DNA of 64,000 nt from Octopus vulgaris. Lineage: Eukaryota. The notes below the pieces were generated by a model, which did not search any database, was not told the origin of the DNA, and worked only from the letters and a program-made list of their open reading frames with translations. Shown here in pieces: positions 39,995 through 54,063 of the stretch. The translations under genes were made by a program, and so were the position numbers. Position 1 is the stretch's first letter, and every line of letters begins with the position of its first letter. The stretch covers positions 195,920,001-195,984,000 of the forward strand of contig OX597815.1 of the NCBI GenBank assembly GCA_951406725.2, written 5' to 3'.

Positions 39995-40743
39995 TACTCT
40001 ATAAGGGGCCAATGCAGTTCTTGCTGCTTAACGTACAAGATTACGCGAAAGAGTTAAGATCTATTCTCACAATTTCATGGGATATTTATTTTCCGTCTCT
40101 GAATGGATGGTTTTGGAGTGATTTCAACTCAGAGCAAAAATAATCGGAACAAATACTTGTCCAATATTCTAATGACTTTTCAACTCAACATCTAAATCTT
40201 GCCACTTTTGACTTACGCCTCACTTCTTAAGAAATCTAAGTTGTTGCACCAAATTGAGAAGTCATTGCGTAGTAGTGATATTGTTTTCTGAAATATTCAC
40301 AAGAGAACTTATTTTGGCAGTGGGGACTCTTTTCACCCTGTATCACTACTTGATAAAACTAAATAAACCAGAAAGGAAGAAAGTAGAGTGCGTATGATTT
40401 AAACCTATAAAGTTAAGAGAGGCAACAACACCTAACTTGACTTTTACCAGGTTCCCACCGTGAAATGATCGTGTTATAAAAGCGCGTAGTAATTTGGGAA
40501 ATTAACATTTAGCCAACGAAAATCGGAAATTAATTTCAACATTCAAAAATTTCCTTTAGAAAACCGAAAACAATGAAGCATTAAACTGAATCATTAAATC
40601 ATTGATTTTACAGCGATAAACTTAAATAAATTGTGGGGAGCAATCAGATTAATTTGCTATAACATATCTATTTCAACGGCCAGGCTGAAATATAAACGAT
40701 ATGAAAATTCTTGTGGCTTTTGAAATAAAAAGTTAATAAAATA

Positions 40744-40921
40744 GGCGCAGGAGTGGCTGTGTGGTAAGTAGCTTACTTACCAACCACATGGTTCCGGGTT
40801 CAGTCCCACGGCGTGGCACCTTAGACAAGTGTATTCTACTATAGCCTCGGGCCGACCAAAGCCTTGTGAGTGGATTTGGTAGACGGAAACTGAAAGAAGC
40901 CCGTCGTATATATGTATATAT

Positions 40922-41014
<93 letters not shown>

Positions 41015-41159
41015 ATATGTATATGTATATATGTATATGTATATATATATATGTATATGTATATATATATATGTATATATTAGCAAAAACTGTCTGATGA
41101 ACGGCAACGATAAACTCAGAGTAACAGATTTTGTTGAATTTTCTGGTGCTTAAAATAAA

Positions 41160-41214
<55 letters not shown>

Positions 41215-41468
41215 TAAATATACACATATATAAATGTATATATATGTATGTATATGTTTGTGTTCTGTGTTTGTCCCCCCAAGATCGCTTGACAACCGAT
41301 GCTGGTGTATTTACGTCCTCGTAACTTAGCGTTTCGGTGAAAGAGACCGATCGAATAAGTACTAGGCTTACAAAGAATAGGTCCTGGGGTCTATTTGCTC
41401 GACTAAAGGCGGTGCTCCAGCATGGCCACAGTCAAATGACTGAAACAAGTAAAAGCATAAAAGAATAA
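40744..41468 (+). mobile_element. SINE family B whose internal (TA)n holds an 80-bp HHR insert
   Basis: Both SINE halves are intact around an expanded microsatellite. Confidence 0.9.
41084..41133 (+). ncRNA. Minimal hammerhead motif with one core substitution (HHR8)
   Basis: CAAAAACTGT-CTGATGA-A-CG-GCAA-CG-A-TAAA-CTCAGAG-TA-ACAGATTTTG; the expected GAAA reads TAAA. Confidence 0.65.
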
Positions 41469-43616
41469 AAATCTAACTAAATACAGCAAGTCATCTTGTC
41501 TGCTACTCTCCTGATTATGTCAATGTATTGCACTTTCTCGGGGTTTTATATTGACTTTCTACTATTCTCAAATGACTCCAAATTTGTAAAACCTTTTACT
41601 GACGTTATTGTAATTTGCTTGAAGCATCGAACTATACACAGGCATTATTGTTTGGAAAATCTTCGAGACATGCAATTTGGAAATTAATTAAAAAGAAAAA
41701 CATGAAATATAATGTCAATGAATATAAAGTATGATAAACTATTGCCTTTCGTAGATTTTTAATATTCCTACAATATCTCGGGAAGAATCGCCATTTCAAA
41801 TTCGTGACACAAAAAAGGGACAACAAAACATCCAAAGAAACAAGGACGGATCATTCGGAGTTTTCTTTCCTCAGTCGAGTTCCAGATTATCTTTGCAATT
41901 TCGGCTGGTTATATTCAAGATTACTCCAATCTGGTCATCCCCAAGTAGAAACTAACCTAAGAGCATTAGATTCCTTGGAAGAAAGAACCGACAAGAAATT
42001 TATGATATATTCTTGTTATTTAAAAAAGATTATAATATAAATCGTTAGGATTTTTTTTTAAATCAATTTCTCGGAAAAAAGTGCAATAGTTGCCTCGGTT
42101 CTTGCATTCAGTATCACAAAAGAGCCTTTTATTTTGTGATATTGAATATATTAACATGATCCTGAATTATCGTTTATCATTAAATGCCTCACAATTTCTA
42201 CTTTTGAATTTAAGAATGCATGTTTGCATTAGTTTACCGAAACGGGTTGACTTTCTACAAATCAGTAAGCAGAAAGAAAGTGTGTATGTGTGTGTGTGTG
42301 TAGGTTTGTGTCTATGTATCTATATGTGTGAGTGTGTGTTTGCATGCGTGCGTGAATTACAGTGAAGCGCTGAATTCTCTTAATATAGTATTGGCATTTT
42401 TCATTGATTTGCAAAGAGTATGTGCGCTCATGACTTAACAGAATACGCTGATCTTCTCAAAAACATGGAAAATTTCTGCAGTGTATTGAAGATTGTGCCT
42501 TCCAGGTGTGACAAGATTCTTGACTTAAGTAAAGAGAAAATATAATCCACTTTTTATGAAGGAAATTCGTAGGATAAGTAATCAAATATGAAGCACAAAT
42601 TTTACAATAATCTGGGATGAATATCTCATAAACGTCACCTAAGCTATTGAATGCATCTAATTGGATTTCGTTGGATACAATGTTTTTTTGTAGTTTTTTT
42701 TTTTTTTCTCAAGATAAATATCCCTTTAGTTGCAGCTAACGAATACCTTGCTATTTTGGTTTCCATGCTTAGTCAAATCACACTTGGATATTTCAATGAA
42801 CTATTCCATCGAGAGGAATCCTTACGATATGAAATCGGTATTGTGAAGGATTTCTTTTCAAAGTTCTTAATTCAACTCGCTGATTGTTTCATCCTTTTTT
42901 TTTTAATTCCTCCTAGCCCTGTTTCCATAAAATAAAGAATTATGGGCATTCAAATCGATCCTCTATTTTAATAAGCTGACCTACATGACCGTAATGACAA
43001 TATTGTCTATATTCGGCAAAGTAAAATATTTTTGATATTTCACGAACCGTGACATCTCCAGATGAAATGGTTAAGTATACGGAATCTAACTTACTAAATC
43101 CTGACTAAATTTCTGATCTCAATAACGCTTCCGTTTCCCACTATTCATTCTATTACAATACGATTTATAAAGAAATAGATTTTGATTCAGTGGTACCTAT
43201 GGCTTCAATAAATGAACTGAGTATCTTGAGAGCATTGTATATGTGTGTCTGTGTATTTCTGTTTCGGTTTTAGTATTATATTCACTTATACGAACATAAT
43301 ATCTAATTTCAAGTTGGTTTGGGAGCTTCTATTGTTATTAGTCTTTTATTATTCTTACGATGTCATATTTCATTGCTTTTATTAAAGAAGAGTGAATCTT
43401 GGGTTTATACTTCTCGTTACAGATGCAGCTTTGGTAAGCGAGCGATTTTGCACTAAGTAATTTGAGACGAACTAGACGATTTCTCTCTCTGACCAGATTT
43501 TCCATTGTAACATGAATAAGAAAAAACCCATACGTCGTTACATCTCACAACACATATACACAAAGAAGTATAATAACACAATTCCATTACTTAATTATCA
43601 TTTGTGTATTCGTAAA

Positions 43617-44197
43617 AGGCGGCGAGCTGGCAGAAACTTTAGCACGCCAGGCGAAATGCGTAGCCGTATTTCGTCTGCCGCTACGTTCTGAGTGCAAATT
43701 CCGCCAAAGTCGACTTTGCCTTTCATCCTTTCGGGGTCAATTAAATAAGTACCAGTTACGCACTGGGGTCGATGTAATCGACTTAATCCGTTTGTCTGTC
43801 CTTGTTTGTCCTGTCTGGGTTTAGCCCCTTGTGGATAGTAAAGAAATAGATATTTCGTCTGCCGTTACGTTCTGAGTTCAAATTCCGCCGAGGTCGACTT
43901 TGCCTTTCATCCTTTCGCGGTCAATTAAATAAGTACCAGTTACGCACTGGGATCGATGTAATCGACGTAATCCGTTTGTCTGTCCTTGTTTGTCCTCTCT
44001 GTGTTTAGCCCCTTGTGGGTAGTAAAGAAATAGGTATTTTGTCTGCCGTTACGTTCTGAGTTCAAATTCCACCGAGGTCGACTTTGCCTTTCATTCTTTC
44101 GGGGTCGATAAATTAGGTACCAGTGCGTATTGGGGTAGATTTAATCGGCTGACCCCCTCCCCCAAATTTCGGGTGTCGTGCCTATAGTAGAAAAGAT
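43617..44197 (+). mobile_element. SINE family C trimer (184-bp units) ending in the alternative tail
   Basis: TATTT(C/T)GTCTGCCG at 43667, 43851 and 44035; ATTTGTGTATTCGTA flanks both sides. Confidence 0.92.
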
Positions 44198-44380
44198 TTG
44201 TGTATTCGTATGTTTAAACATAGAGTTTTAAAATTAGATAATGTACGTAAAAATAACCACGATTTGATGATACTTTTCTGCTAGTCGGACAAAGAAAGGG
44301 GACGTAGTGATACATGTTAGTGACAATCAAAGCAAAAGCTATGTAATTTCAAATAATATTTAATCCCTAAAAGTTCATTG

Positions 44381-44710
44381 GTGGAGGCGCAATGGCCTAG
44401 TGGTTAGGGCAGCGGGCTCGCGGTCGGAGGGTCTCGGTTTCGATTCCCAGACCGGCCGTTGTGTGTGTTTATTGAGCGAAAACACCTAAAAGCTCCACGA
44501 GGCTCCGGCAGGGGGTGGTGGCGACCCATGTTGTACTCTTTTGCCCCAACTTTCTCTCACTCTTTCTCCCTGTTTCTTGAGTGATGTTGCGATGGACTGG
44601 CGTCCCGTCCAGCTGGGGGGAACGCATACGTCATAGAAACTTGGAAACCGGCCCCATGAGCCTGGCTAGGCTTGAAAAGGGCGCATAAATAAATAAATAA
44701 ATAAATAAAT
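44381..44710 (+). mobile_element. SINE family A, tail type 3, (TAAA)n end, 11-bp TSD
   Basis: AAAGTTCATTG at 44370-44380 and 44711-44721. Confidence 0.92.
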
Positions 44711-44934
44711 AAAGTTCATTGACATTCTTATGGATAGATCTCGACATTTTTCGAAGCAAGACACAAAACTGTATAATTTATTACTCCTCAACTCTTAACA
44801 AATATTGAAACATAATTCCATAAATAAATCCTTAATTTCTTGGAGATATTTCCTCTTCACTTTAACACTAGCAATTGCCGCTCAAGTTTCTCTTTCTGTG
44901 TGACACTATGATGGAAATTCTATTAAGAAAAGCA

Positions 44935-45441
44935 AGGCGGCGAGCTGGCAGAAACGTTAGCACGCCGGGCGAAATGCGTAGCGGTATTTCGTCTGTCGTT
45001 ACGTTCCGAGTTCAAATTCCGTCAAGGTCGACTTTACCTTTCATCCTTTCGGGGTCGATAAATTAAGTACCAGTTACGCACTGGGGTCGATATAATCGAC
45101 TTAATCCATTTGTCTGTCCTTGTTTGTCCTATCTGTGTTTAGCCCCTTGTAGGTAGTAAAGAAATAAATTCTATTAAGAAAAGACATTCAGTACATCATC
45201 TTTTATCTATGCAAATTCATGTTATTGGAATATTAGATGAAAGCATTTCCCGTTAAAGTCTCCCATCTCACCCAACTACTTTCATTCTTTCGGGGTCGAT
45301 AAATTAAGTACCAGTTACGCACTGGGGTCGATGTAATCGACTTAATCTGTTTGTCTGTCCTTGTTTGATCTCTCTGTGCTTAGCCCCTTATGGGTAGTAA
45401 AGAAATAGGTATTTCGTCTGCCGCTACGTTCTGAGTTCAAA
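44935..45441 (+). mobile_element. SINE family C monomer (44935-45167) and a headless unit-junction fragment (45278-45441)
   Basis: Match to family C; AAATTCTATTAAGAAAAG flanks the first copy. Confidence 0.85.
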
Positions 45442-45749
45442 TAGTTATGTGCTGGAAAGGATATTTAATGCTCAGAGTATTAATATACGAAATAACAATA
45501 AATATAAAGGAACATATACACGTATATATGTGCGTGTGTATTTCTCTTCTTCGTTCTATTATGATACACGATCCCTATTGATTGTTTTATTTTTCTTTCT
45601 TTTGATCGAAAACCTACCCCACTTTTTTTTCTCCCCAAAAAGAAAAGCTCTACTTTGTAATTTGTCCTGTCTGTGTTCAGCCCTCTGTGGCTAATAAAGA
45701 CACATATCTATCTGTCTATTTGTCTGTCTCTCCTCTCTCTCTCTCTCTC

Positions 45750-45794
<45 letters not shown>

Positions 45795-45924
45795 GCATAT
45801 ACGTACCACCGGCAGTGCACACGCAGACACACATATTCTTAAATAATTAGCATATTCTTTTTCCTTCGTTAGGCATGAGCGACATTTTCATTCTCTGGTT
45901 GTTGTTGTTGTTGTTGCTGGTGTT

Positions 45925-45967
<43 letters not shown>

Positions 45968-46719
45968 TTTAGCTCCAGATCAGCCCTGACTGACGAAATT
46001 CATAATGAAAGTCCTTGTATCTGTGACCATCGTACGTTTTCTGGCATTTTTAAAAAAATCAAAGGCTACAATCCTCTTATGTATTTTTTTTTTACATATT
46101 TTCAACATACTACGAAGATTTTTGGCAGCTATTTCTAGCCGGTCTAGTGACTACATAGAAGATACCTTGTTGGCCTGACAGTTACGGATATGTTTGTGTC
46201 TCAGTGGAACACATTACTGATAGTGTTGGCTCACCGTAACATGTCGAAATATTAACGATGGAAGCATCTTTAAGTAAATACACAGAAATTGATATGATGG
46301 CATAAAATAAAAGCGCATTTACGAAAAATTTAATTATTATGAAACCTCATCCGACAGATGATAATCTACAGCAATGTATGAACAAATGACTTTAGTAAGC
46401 AAAGATTATGGCAGCTGCATGTGAAACTATGTAATTAATTTAAGTTACATGCCATCTGTCAATTTGGAAACGTCACTCACCATTCGCAAACCCTCGGAAA
46501 TTTTTCTGTGCTTCCTCTTCTCACGACTAGAATAAGAACCAAGAATTGTGCCAACAATGAAGGAAAATATTGAAACAAAATCCTTTACAAAGTACACGCG
46601 ACCGTCTTGAGAAGAAAACTAGACATTGTTAAATGTCGTCTCAGAGACATTGATTCAGATATCGATAGAAAGATCATCACTCTAATGCTAATCAATACCA
46701 AAGACAATCTGTTGTTCGT

Positions 46720-47053
46720 AGACTCCCTTCGATCACGAATGACCATGGGATTGTACCTAGAAAGTTACCCTCCAAGGTACAAGTCCCGGGCAAGGTTGTT
46801 TGTGGAAGACCAGCAGTCGCCCATGCATACCAGCCTCCCCTCTCCACGCCACCGATGTTATCCAAGGGAAAGACAAAGGCCGATACAGCTTGGCACCTGT
46901 GACGTCGCAACTCATTTCTAAAGCTGAGTGAACTGGAGCAACGTGAAATAAAGTGTCTTGCCCAAGAACACAACACGCAGCCCGGTCCGGGGTTCGAACT
47001 CACAACCTAAGAGTCGTAATTTCAGTGACTTGACCACTGAGCCATGCGCTTTC
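46720..47053 (-). mobile_element. tRNA-derived SINE family D
   Basis: Head GCGCATGGCTCAGTGG..GAGTTCGAACCCCGG; homologous to 50110-50436 and 60897-61212. Confidence 0.85.
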
Positions 47054-47139
47054 ACTGTTGTTCTGATTACTTATTGCATAACATATAGGCTTTCGACTAT
47101 TGCAATCGGTAACATATCGTATAGCATTAGAATCATGTG

Positions 47140-47278
47140 CTTACGAACCACATGATTCCTGGTTAAGTCCCACTTGGGGAAGTGTCTTCTACTATATCCT
47201 CGAGTCGAACAAAGCCTTGTGTTCGGATTTGGTAGACGGAAACTGAAAGAAGCCTGTCGTATATATGTGTATATATAT

Positions 47279-47366
<88 letters not shown>

Positions 47367-47582
47367 GTATATATGTATGTGTATATGCTTGTGTGTTTGT
47401 GTTTGTCCCCCAACATCGCTTGACAACCGATGGTGGTATGCTTACGTCCCCGTAATTTAGAGGTTCGGCAAAAGAGACCGATAGAATAAGTACTAAGCTT
47501 ACAAAGTATAAGTCCTGGGGTCGATTTGCACGACTAAAGGCGGTGCTCCAGCATGGCCAAGAGTAAAAAGTAAAGAGTAAGT
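47140..47582 (+). mobile_element. SINE family B, 5'-degraded
   Basis: Match to family B. Confidence 0.85.
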
Positions 47583-47937
47583 AGTAAAAAATGTTTTCAG
47601 AATTCGGCAGTGTTTACAAGAATTATAAATTTATGAGGGTTTTTATATATACTGGATTTGAAAGAGAATTATAGAAGAGAATTATAGAAACAATTAGATG
47701 TTATGTAACTAAGTATTCATGAACTTACGTAGTAATAAATATATATATGAGTATAAGGGGACTTTAAAATCTTCTACGAAGTATGTGTAATACATTCTCA
47801 ATTCATTTTTAGCGTGCTCATATCGTTTCCACAAGTTTCGGTGCTGGGAATCGAACAGACATTTTTCAATCTATCTATCTACCTATCTGTCTATCTGTCT
47901 GTTTGTCTGTCTGTCTTCCTATCTGACTGTCCTTCTG

Positions 47938-47979
<42 letters not shown>

Positions 47980-48125
47980 AATTTACCTAGCTATATGTGT
48001 GCCTGTGCGTTTGTGTATGTGTGCAAGTGTTATACATACATACATACATACATACATACATACATACATACATACATACATACATACATACATACATACA
48101 TACATACATACATACATACATACAT

Positions 48126-49912
48126 CGTGGGCTACCGTCTTGCAGTTAAACACAAGGAGTGATTGTATTATCTCTGAATATAAACACAATATCGCAGAGG
48201 GATATTCTAAGGAGTCAGCCTCTCTATGATGCTGTTTATACTTTCTGTAAACCCCTTGCCATTCACGTTAAGGAAGTTTGAAGGATATCTCACTGGTTCA
48301 CATGGAAACAGAAATAACAAAATTACACACTGTTTCTTTGTGGATGACTTGAAACTATATGCTAAGTATATGTATGAGATTATAAAGAGCCTTAACCTGA
48401 TTACAATATTCTCAAGGGATACAGGGCTGGAATTTGGTCAAGAGAAATGTTACTGTAAACCAGACAAGCAACATCTCCATCAATGACTTAACTGTTTCCA
48501 CTATATCTGATGAGGGATATTACAGGGGTGGATGGAAACATATCTTACAATGGCACCTGTAAGAAAACACGTGTCACTAAAGAATATTACAGCTGAACAA
48601 AGAAAATTTGGACCTTGGATCTCTCTGCATTCAATATAAACAGTGGCCCACAATGTGTTTGCAGTGCCGGTACTCATGCCAACATTTGGGCTGCTTGATT
48701 GGACGCTTGATAAGATCCGAACTATTGATGTGAAAATGCGGAAAATACTAACAGTACATATGATTTCCACATCAATAGTGACGTAGACCACCTCTACCTA
48801 AAACGGAAACATGGTGGCAGATCCAAATTGCCTTTGAATATCGTATAACATCTCTTCGGCAAAATCTTTTAACCATCAAGTGTCGAGGTGCATCCTTTGA
48901 CCAATTTTGCATACTTGGGACTAATAACAAGACTTGGAAGGCAGCTCCTTGTGCAGAATTCCTTGTTTGAAAACCTTACGTACATACCCGGAGAAGTCAC
49001 GCGACTCTATCACAGCATACTATCAGACGAAAGGATGAAAAAATATATATAAGCAGAGGACCATGCATAGATGTCAGTAGAAAGACCATGTTAGTAGAAA
49101 ACTCCGAGATGATAGTAACATTGATCACTAAAGGAGTCTATCATGTACGAATAACTGGATTACTATCTCCCACTTCGAAAGGTATGCGTTCACAATCCAG
49201 GAACAGGAAATATCAACCAAGTACTTGATGCAAAAAAAGGACAGAGATGCAGAAAAAGCAGTAAAATGTGACAATCAATGCAGACTTTATAAAGTCAACC
49301 CCGAAGATATGGCCCACATCAAAAGCAGTTGTCTAAAAGTGTCATCCCAGTTTTATCTACCGATGAGACATGATATTGTAGCTAGGATACTGTATGATGA
49401 AATCCTCGGCAGGATAATCCCTAGGTCAAATGAATAAGAACTCACAATATGGTAGAAAGTGGAATGTCCCAATGAAAACCTTAAAAATATAAACACAATA
49501 GACCTGATATAATGATTTGGGATATAGAAAAGAAATTGAGTATAGTAGTGAAATCAGCTGCTCAACTGATGATAATATAAAGCTAAAGATCAGTGAAGAA
49601 GTGAATACCTACGCTGAACTATTGAGAAATCTGCAGTTACTCTATCCAGATTACAAGTTCAGGTTTATACCTTTAATTATTTGGGCACTGGGATATGTGA
49701 CACTCTGCCTATATACAAATCTTGAGAAATTAGGCTTGTCAAAACCAGAAAGGAGAAAGCTAATTCGAAGACTACATATTCAGTCCATCACTGGAACTGT
49801 AGAAATCTGTAAAACTTTCCAGAAGTTTATCATTTAAGTATATATGAGCAAGTCTAGATATGCAGGTATATGCATGAGAAACCATACTTAAAACAAAACA
49901 TACAAATCTACA
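48126..49912 (+). pseudogene. Decayed RLE non-LTR retrotransposon flanked by (TACA)n
   Basis: LFILSVNPL, HCFFVDDLKLYAK, FGQEKC, VDHLYLKRKHGG, CRL..HIKSSC, RHD, RPDIMIW, FIPLIIWALG, GTVEICKTF; many stops and frameshifts; (TACA)n at 48033-48125 and 49915-49965. Confidence 0.85.
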
Positions 49913-50109
49913 CATATACATACATACATGCATACATACATACATACATACATACATACATACATAACCTGTTGATGTTGAAATTCCAATGGAGGAGCCT
50001 TAGATCCAGGTTAGAAACCGACTCTTTCTCTTTTGGCAAGAAATCTTGAAATAAAACTGAAAAATGACATACGTACGTACGTACATACATACAAACTTCT
50101 TTCTCTTGT

Positions 50110-50436
50110 GTCACGAATGACCTTGGGATTGCATGTAGAAAGTTCCCCTCTGAGGTACAAGTCCGAGTAAGTACGTACCAGTTCCTGCAAGGAGGTACCA
50201 GTTCAAGCAAGGCGGTGCAAAGCCGGGCAAAGTTGTTTATGGAAGACCAGCAGTCGCCCATGCATGCCATTCTTCCTTCTCCCCGCCACCGATAGGTCCA
50301 AGAGAAAGCTGAGTGAATTGGAGCAACGTGAAATAAAGTGTTTTTCTCAGGAACAAAACACACAGCACAGTCTAGGCATCGAATTCATTACCTCTTGATT
50401 GTAAGTCGAACACTCTAACGACTGAGCCATGCCCCT
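50110..50436 (-). mobile_element. SINE family D, diverged
   Basis: Match to 46720-47053. Confidence 0.8.
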
Positions 50437-51289
50437 ACGTACATATCTGCCTGAGAATGAGAGAAGTATTACTCCATATATGAAATGACAACAGCGGCAA
50501 GCTTACAGAATAGTTAGCACACCGGACAATGCTTAGCGGCATTTCTTCCGACTGGCACTTTCCTACTTAATTCGAGAACTTATGCCTATAGACTATAGAA
50601 AGGCTGTATTAATTTGGGGATTAGCGGTTTTTTTATTACGTTCGAAGTAGCGACTGTCTCTGATGTTACTCCTAGTCGCTTGTTTTGTTTGTTTTTTTCT
50701 TTTCTTTTTTTTTCTTTTTTGCTATTGTTAATATGACGCCAGTTAGCAAATATTAAAAGCTTGCTGAAACAATTAAATGGCATGAATCACTGGCTATGAT
50801 GTGCATATGAGTGTTTCCGCGTGAGCGTGCACGCACGTGTGTTTTGTTCAGTCCCCAAATTATTTTCAATGAAGACATATGTTTTTCCTGTTTTGTATGA
50901 ATTTATATGAGGGGAGCACTGTCAAACAATATGCTCTCTTGCTACAATTCTGTATGCCCTAGATCATAGTGCTAAATACACTAATTGATTCTGCTTACTC
51001 ATATCATCCGATATCAAATAACAAGCAAGGCGGACACTTCAGAAGTTCCTGATGGGCCTTGTAATTTTACCATATATGGTAAACTGACTCGAGTTTATGA
51101 GAGGATTCACTTAACCAATGTTCTCCAATTGTGAGATCGAAAACATAAGCCCCTCCACTGCATTCAGAATTTCCAAACTCCAGACCACGCCTGCAAGCAT
51201 TGCAGCAACATTCAACACAAAAAAACGAAGATAGTAATAAATATCAGAAGACATGAAGTAAACAAACAATATGCATGCATACATATACA

Positions 51290-51345
<56 letters not shown>

Positions 51346-51369
51346 ATATGTTACATTACTCGATAGTCA

Positions 51370-51432
51370 AGATAAAACTCTGAGTTTCAGATGCCGAAGT
51401 GGAAATCCACGCCGCCATCTCTTCGGTTATCT
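51370..51432 (-). ncRNA. Hammerhead motif, U4C variant (HHR9a)
   Basis: Minus strand: AGATAA-CCGAAGA-GATG..GTGG-ATTT-CCAC..CATC-T-GAAA-CTCAGAG-TT-TTATCT. Confidence 0.68.
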
Positions 51433-51688
51433 GGGTATTTGAAAACGCTATGAAAAAAAAAAAAAAAACCTGAGTGAACTGGAGCAACGTGAAATAAAGT
51501 GTTTCTAGGAATCGAATTCATTACCTCTCGATTGTAAGCCGAACACTCTAACGACTGAGCCATGCCCCTACATATATATCCGCCTGAGAATGAGAAAAGT
51601 ACTACTCGATATATGAAATGACAAAAGCGGCAAGCTTACAGAATAGTTTTTTTGTTGTTTTTTTTTTACATAGCGTTTTCAAATAGCC

Positions 51689-51751
51689 AGATAACCGAAG
51701 AGATGGCGGCGTGGATTCCCACTTCGGTATCTGAAACTCAGGGTTTTATCT
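51689..51751 (+). ncRNA. Hammerhead motif, U4C variant (HHR9b)
   Basis: AGATAA-CCGAAGA-GATG..TATC-T-GAAA-CTCAGGG-TT-TTATCT. Confidence 0.62.
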
Positions 51752-52262
51752 TGACTATCGAGTAATGTAACATATTATTTTATAGATAAATTTCCTCTCT
51801 TTACACAATATTGAGGTCTCTTTCTTTCTTTTATTATCTTACTGTTTTACCAATATATATATATATATATATAAAATATATAAACATATATATTATACAT
51901 ATTATATATGTATATATATATATTTATATATATATATATATGTATGTATGTATCCATACACACACATACATATATATGTATATACATATATAGATAGATA
52001 TCGTATTATGTATATATATATATGTGTGTGTATTATATATATATATAAATATATATGTATGTATATATCCATACACACACATACATATATATGTATATAG
52101 ATATATATATATATAGATAGATAGATATCGTATTATGTGTATATGAATATATATATATGAATATATATGTATGTATATATATATATATATATGTATATAC
52201 ACATATGTATATATAAATAGTTATAGATATAGACATACATATCATATTATATCTATATATAA

Positions 52263-52324
<62 letters not shown>

Positions 52325-52631
52325 ATATATATATGTACACTTGCAGACGGGAAATGCGACACACTCCTAGTGTGCATTCTTTATTTTTATACGTTGCGAG
52401 CTCATACAATAACTACTTGATGCTAGCACACGACTTGAAAAACGAGTTCCCTTGATGTCATCCACTTCAAATAAATGACACTTTGTTATTAGTTATATTA
52501 CCATTCGTGTCACGTGATAGAAGCAAGAATGCAATGAACTTCGACAGCTGGAAATTGAGTAAGGAAAACAGAAAACGAAAGAAAAAAAACGTGTGTGCCT
52601 GGATGTGTTTATGTATGTGTAAGTGTATATA

Positions 52632-52706
<75 letters not shown>

Positions 52707-53067
52707 ATATATATATGTGTGTGTATATATGTATATATGTATGTATGTATATATATATATATGTGTGTATATATATGTATGTATGTATATATATATGTGT
52801 GTGTATATATGTATATATGTATGTATGTATACATATATATATATGTGTGTGTGTATATATGTATGTATATATATATGTGTGTGTGTGTGTATATATATAT
52901 ATATACGTATATAATTCACATATATATACGTATATATATAGGTGTATATATGTTTGTATATATATATATATCTTTATATATAGGTATATATATATATATA
53001 CGTATATATATACATTTATGTATATATGTCCATATATATATATACGTACACAAATATATATGTATGT

Positions 53068-53116
<49 letters not shown>

Positions 53117-54063
53117 TATATATAGCTGTATACATATATATATGTAACTATATATACGTACATATATATATGCATATATATATGCGTTCATACATTTTTG
53201 TGTACACGCACACACACATACATATATACATACACAGGAAGGGAAAAAAAGAGAGCAGCAGCGGTTGCAAGAAATATGGTATGAGAGAGAGAGATTGTTA
53301 AGCAATGAAAGAGAGTGAGGAAGAGATAATAATTCGCCAGTGAAAGCAGAATGAATGAACGAAGACAAAGAAATAATGGAACTAGAATAGGAACATTAGT
53401 ATGATAACGAGACTAACTGAAAGAATAACAGAATAAGAATATAGTGTGGCAGAGGAAGTGTATATGCAAAGAGAGAGAGAGAGAGATGAAGTGAGAGGAA
53501 ATAAGAAGAATAAGTGAGAGAGAGTGAATGTGTACTTGTGTATTCCTGTGTATAAGAAATTGGGACGTGGCTCTGTGTCAAAAATTTATACGCATAGCAA
53601 ATATGTGCAAGCGTGCGAAGAATATATAAGTTTCTATCGAATATATATGAGCGCGTGCATGTGTGTAAATGTGTGTAATCATATATATGCTTTTTTTTAA
53701 ATATATTTATTTAACTTGTCTTTCTTTCCAAATCGTTTTTCTTGTTTCATTTTAAGTTAAGACACTCATATATTATTGAATTTACTTTTCTTTGCTTAGG
53801 CACGTAGAAATGTGTACGAAAAAAAAACATATTTTCGTTATATTTACTAGATGTGCACTTTTCTATTTCCATCTTTATGCATACACACATGTATATAGAC
53901 ACAACATTAGCAGTGTATGTATTTATACGGTCGTGGCTGCGTGGTAAGAAGCTTACTTCCCAGTCACATGGTTCCGGGTTCAGTCCCACTTCGTCGCACC
54001 CTGGGCAAGTATTTTTTATTGTAGCTTCCGGCCGACCAAAGCCTTGTGTGTGGATGTGATATA

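Larger units (their letters stand above)
51340..51852. mobile_element. Inverted pLTR-like pair (~113-bp arms, each with an HHR) enclosing duplicated local DNA, in (TA)n
   Basis: 51340-51452 is the reverse complement of ~51669-51782; the right arm has an extra ~70-bp tail. Confidence 0.82.
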
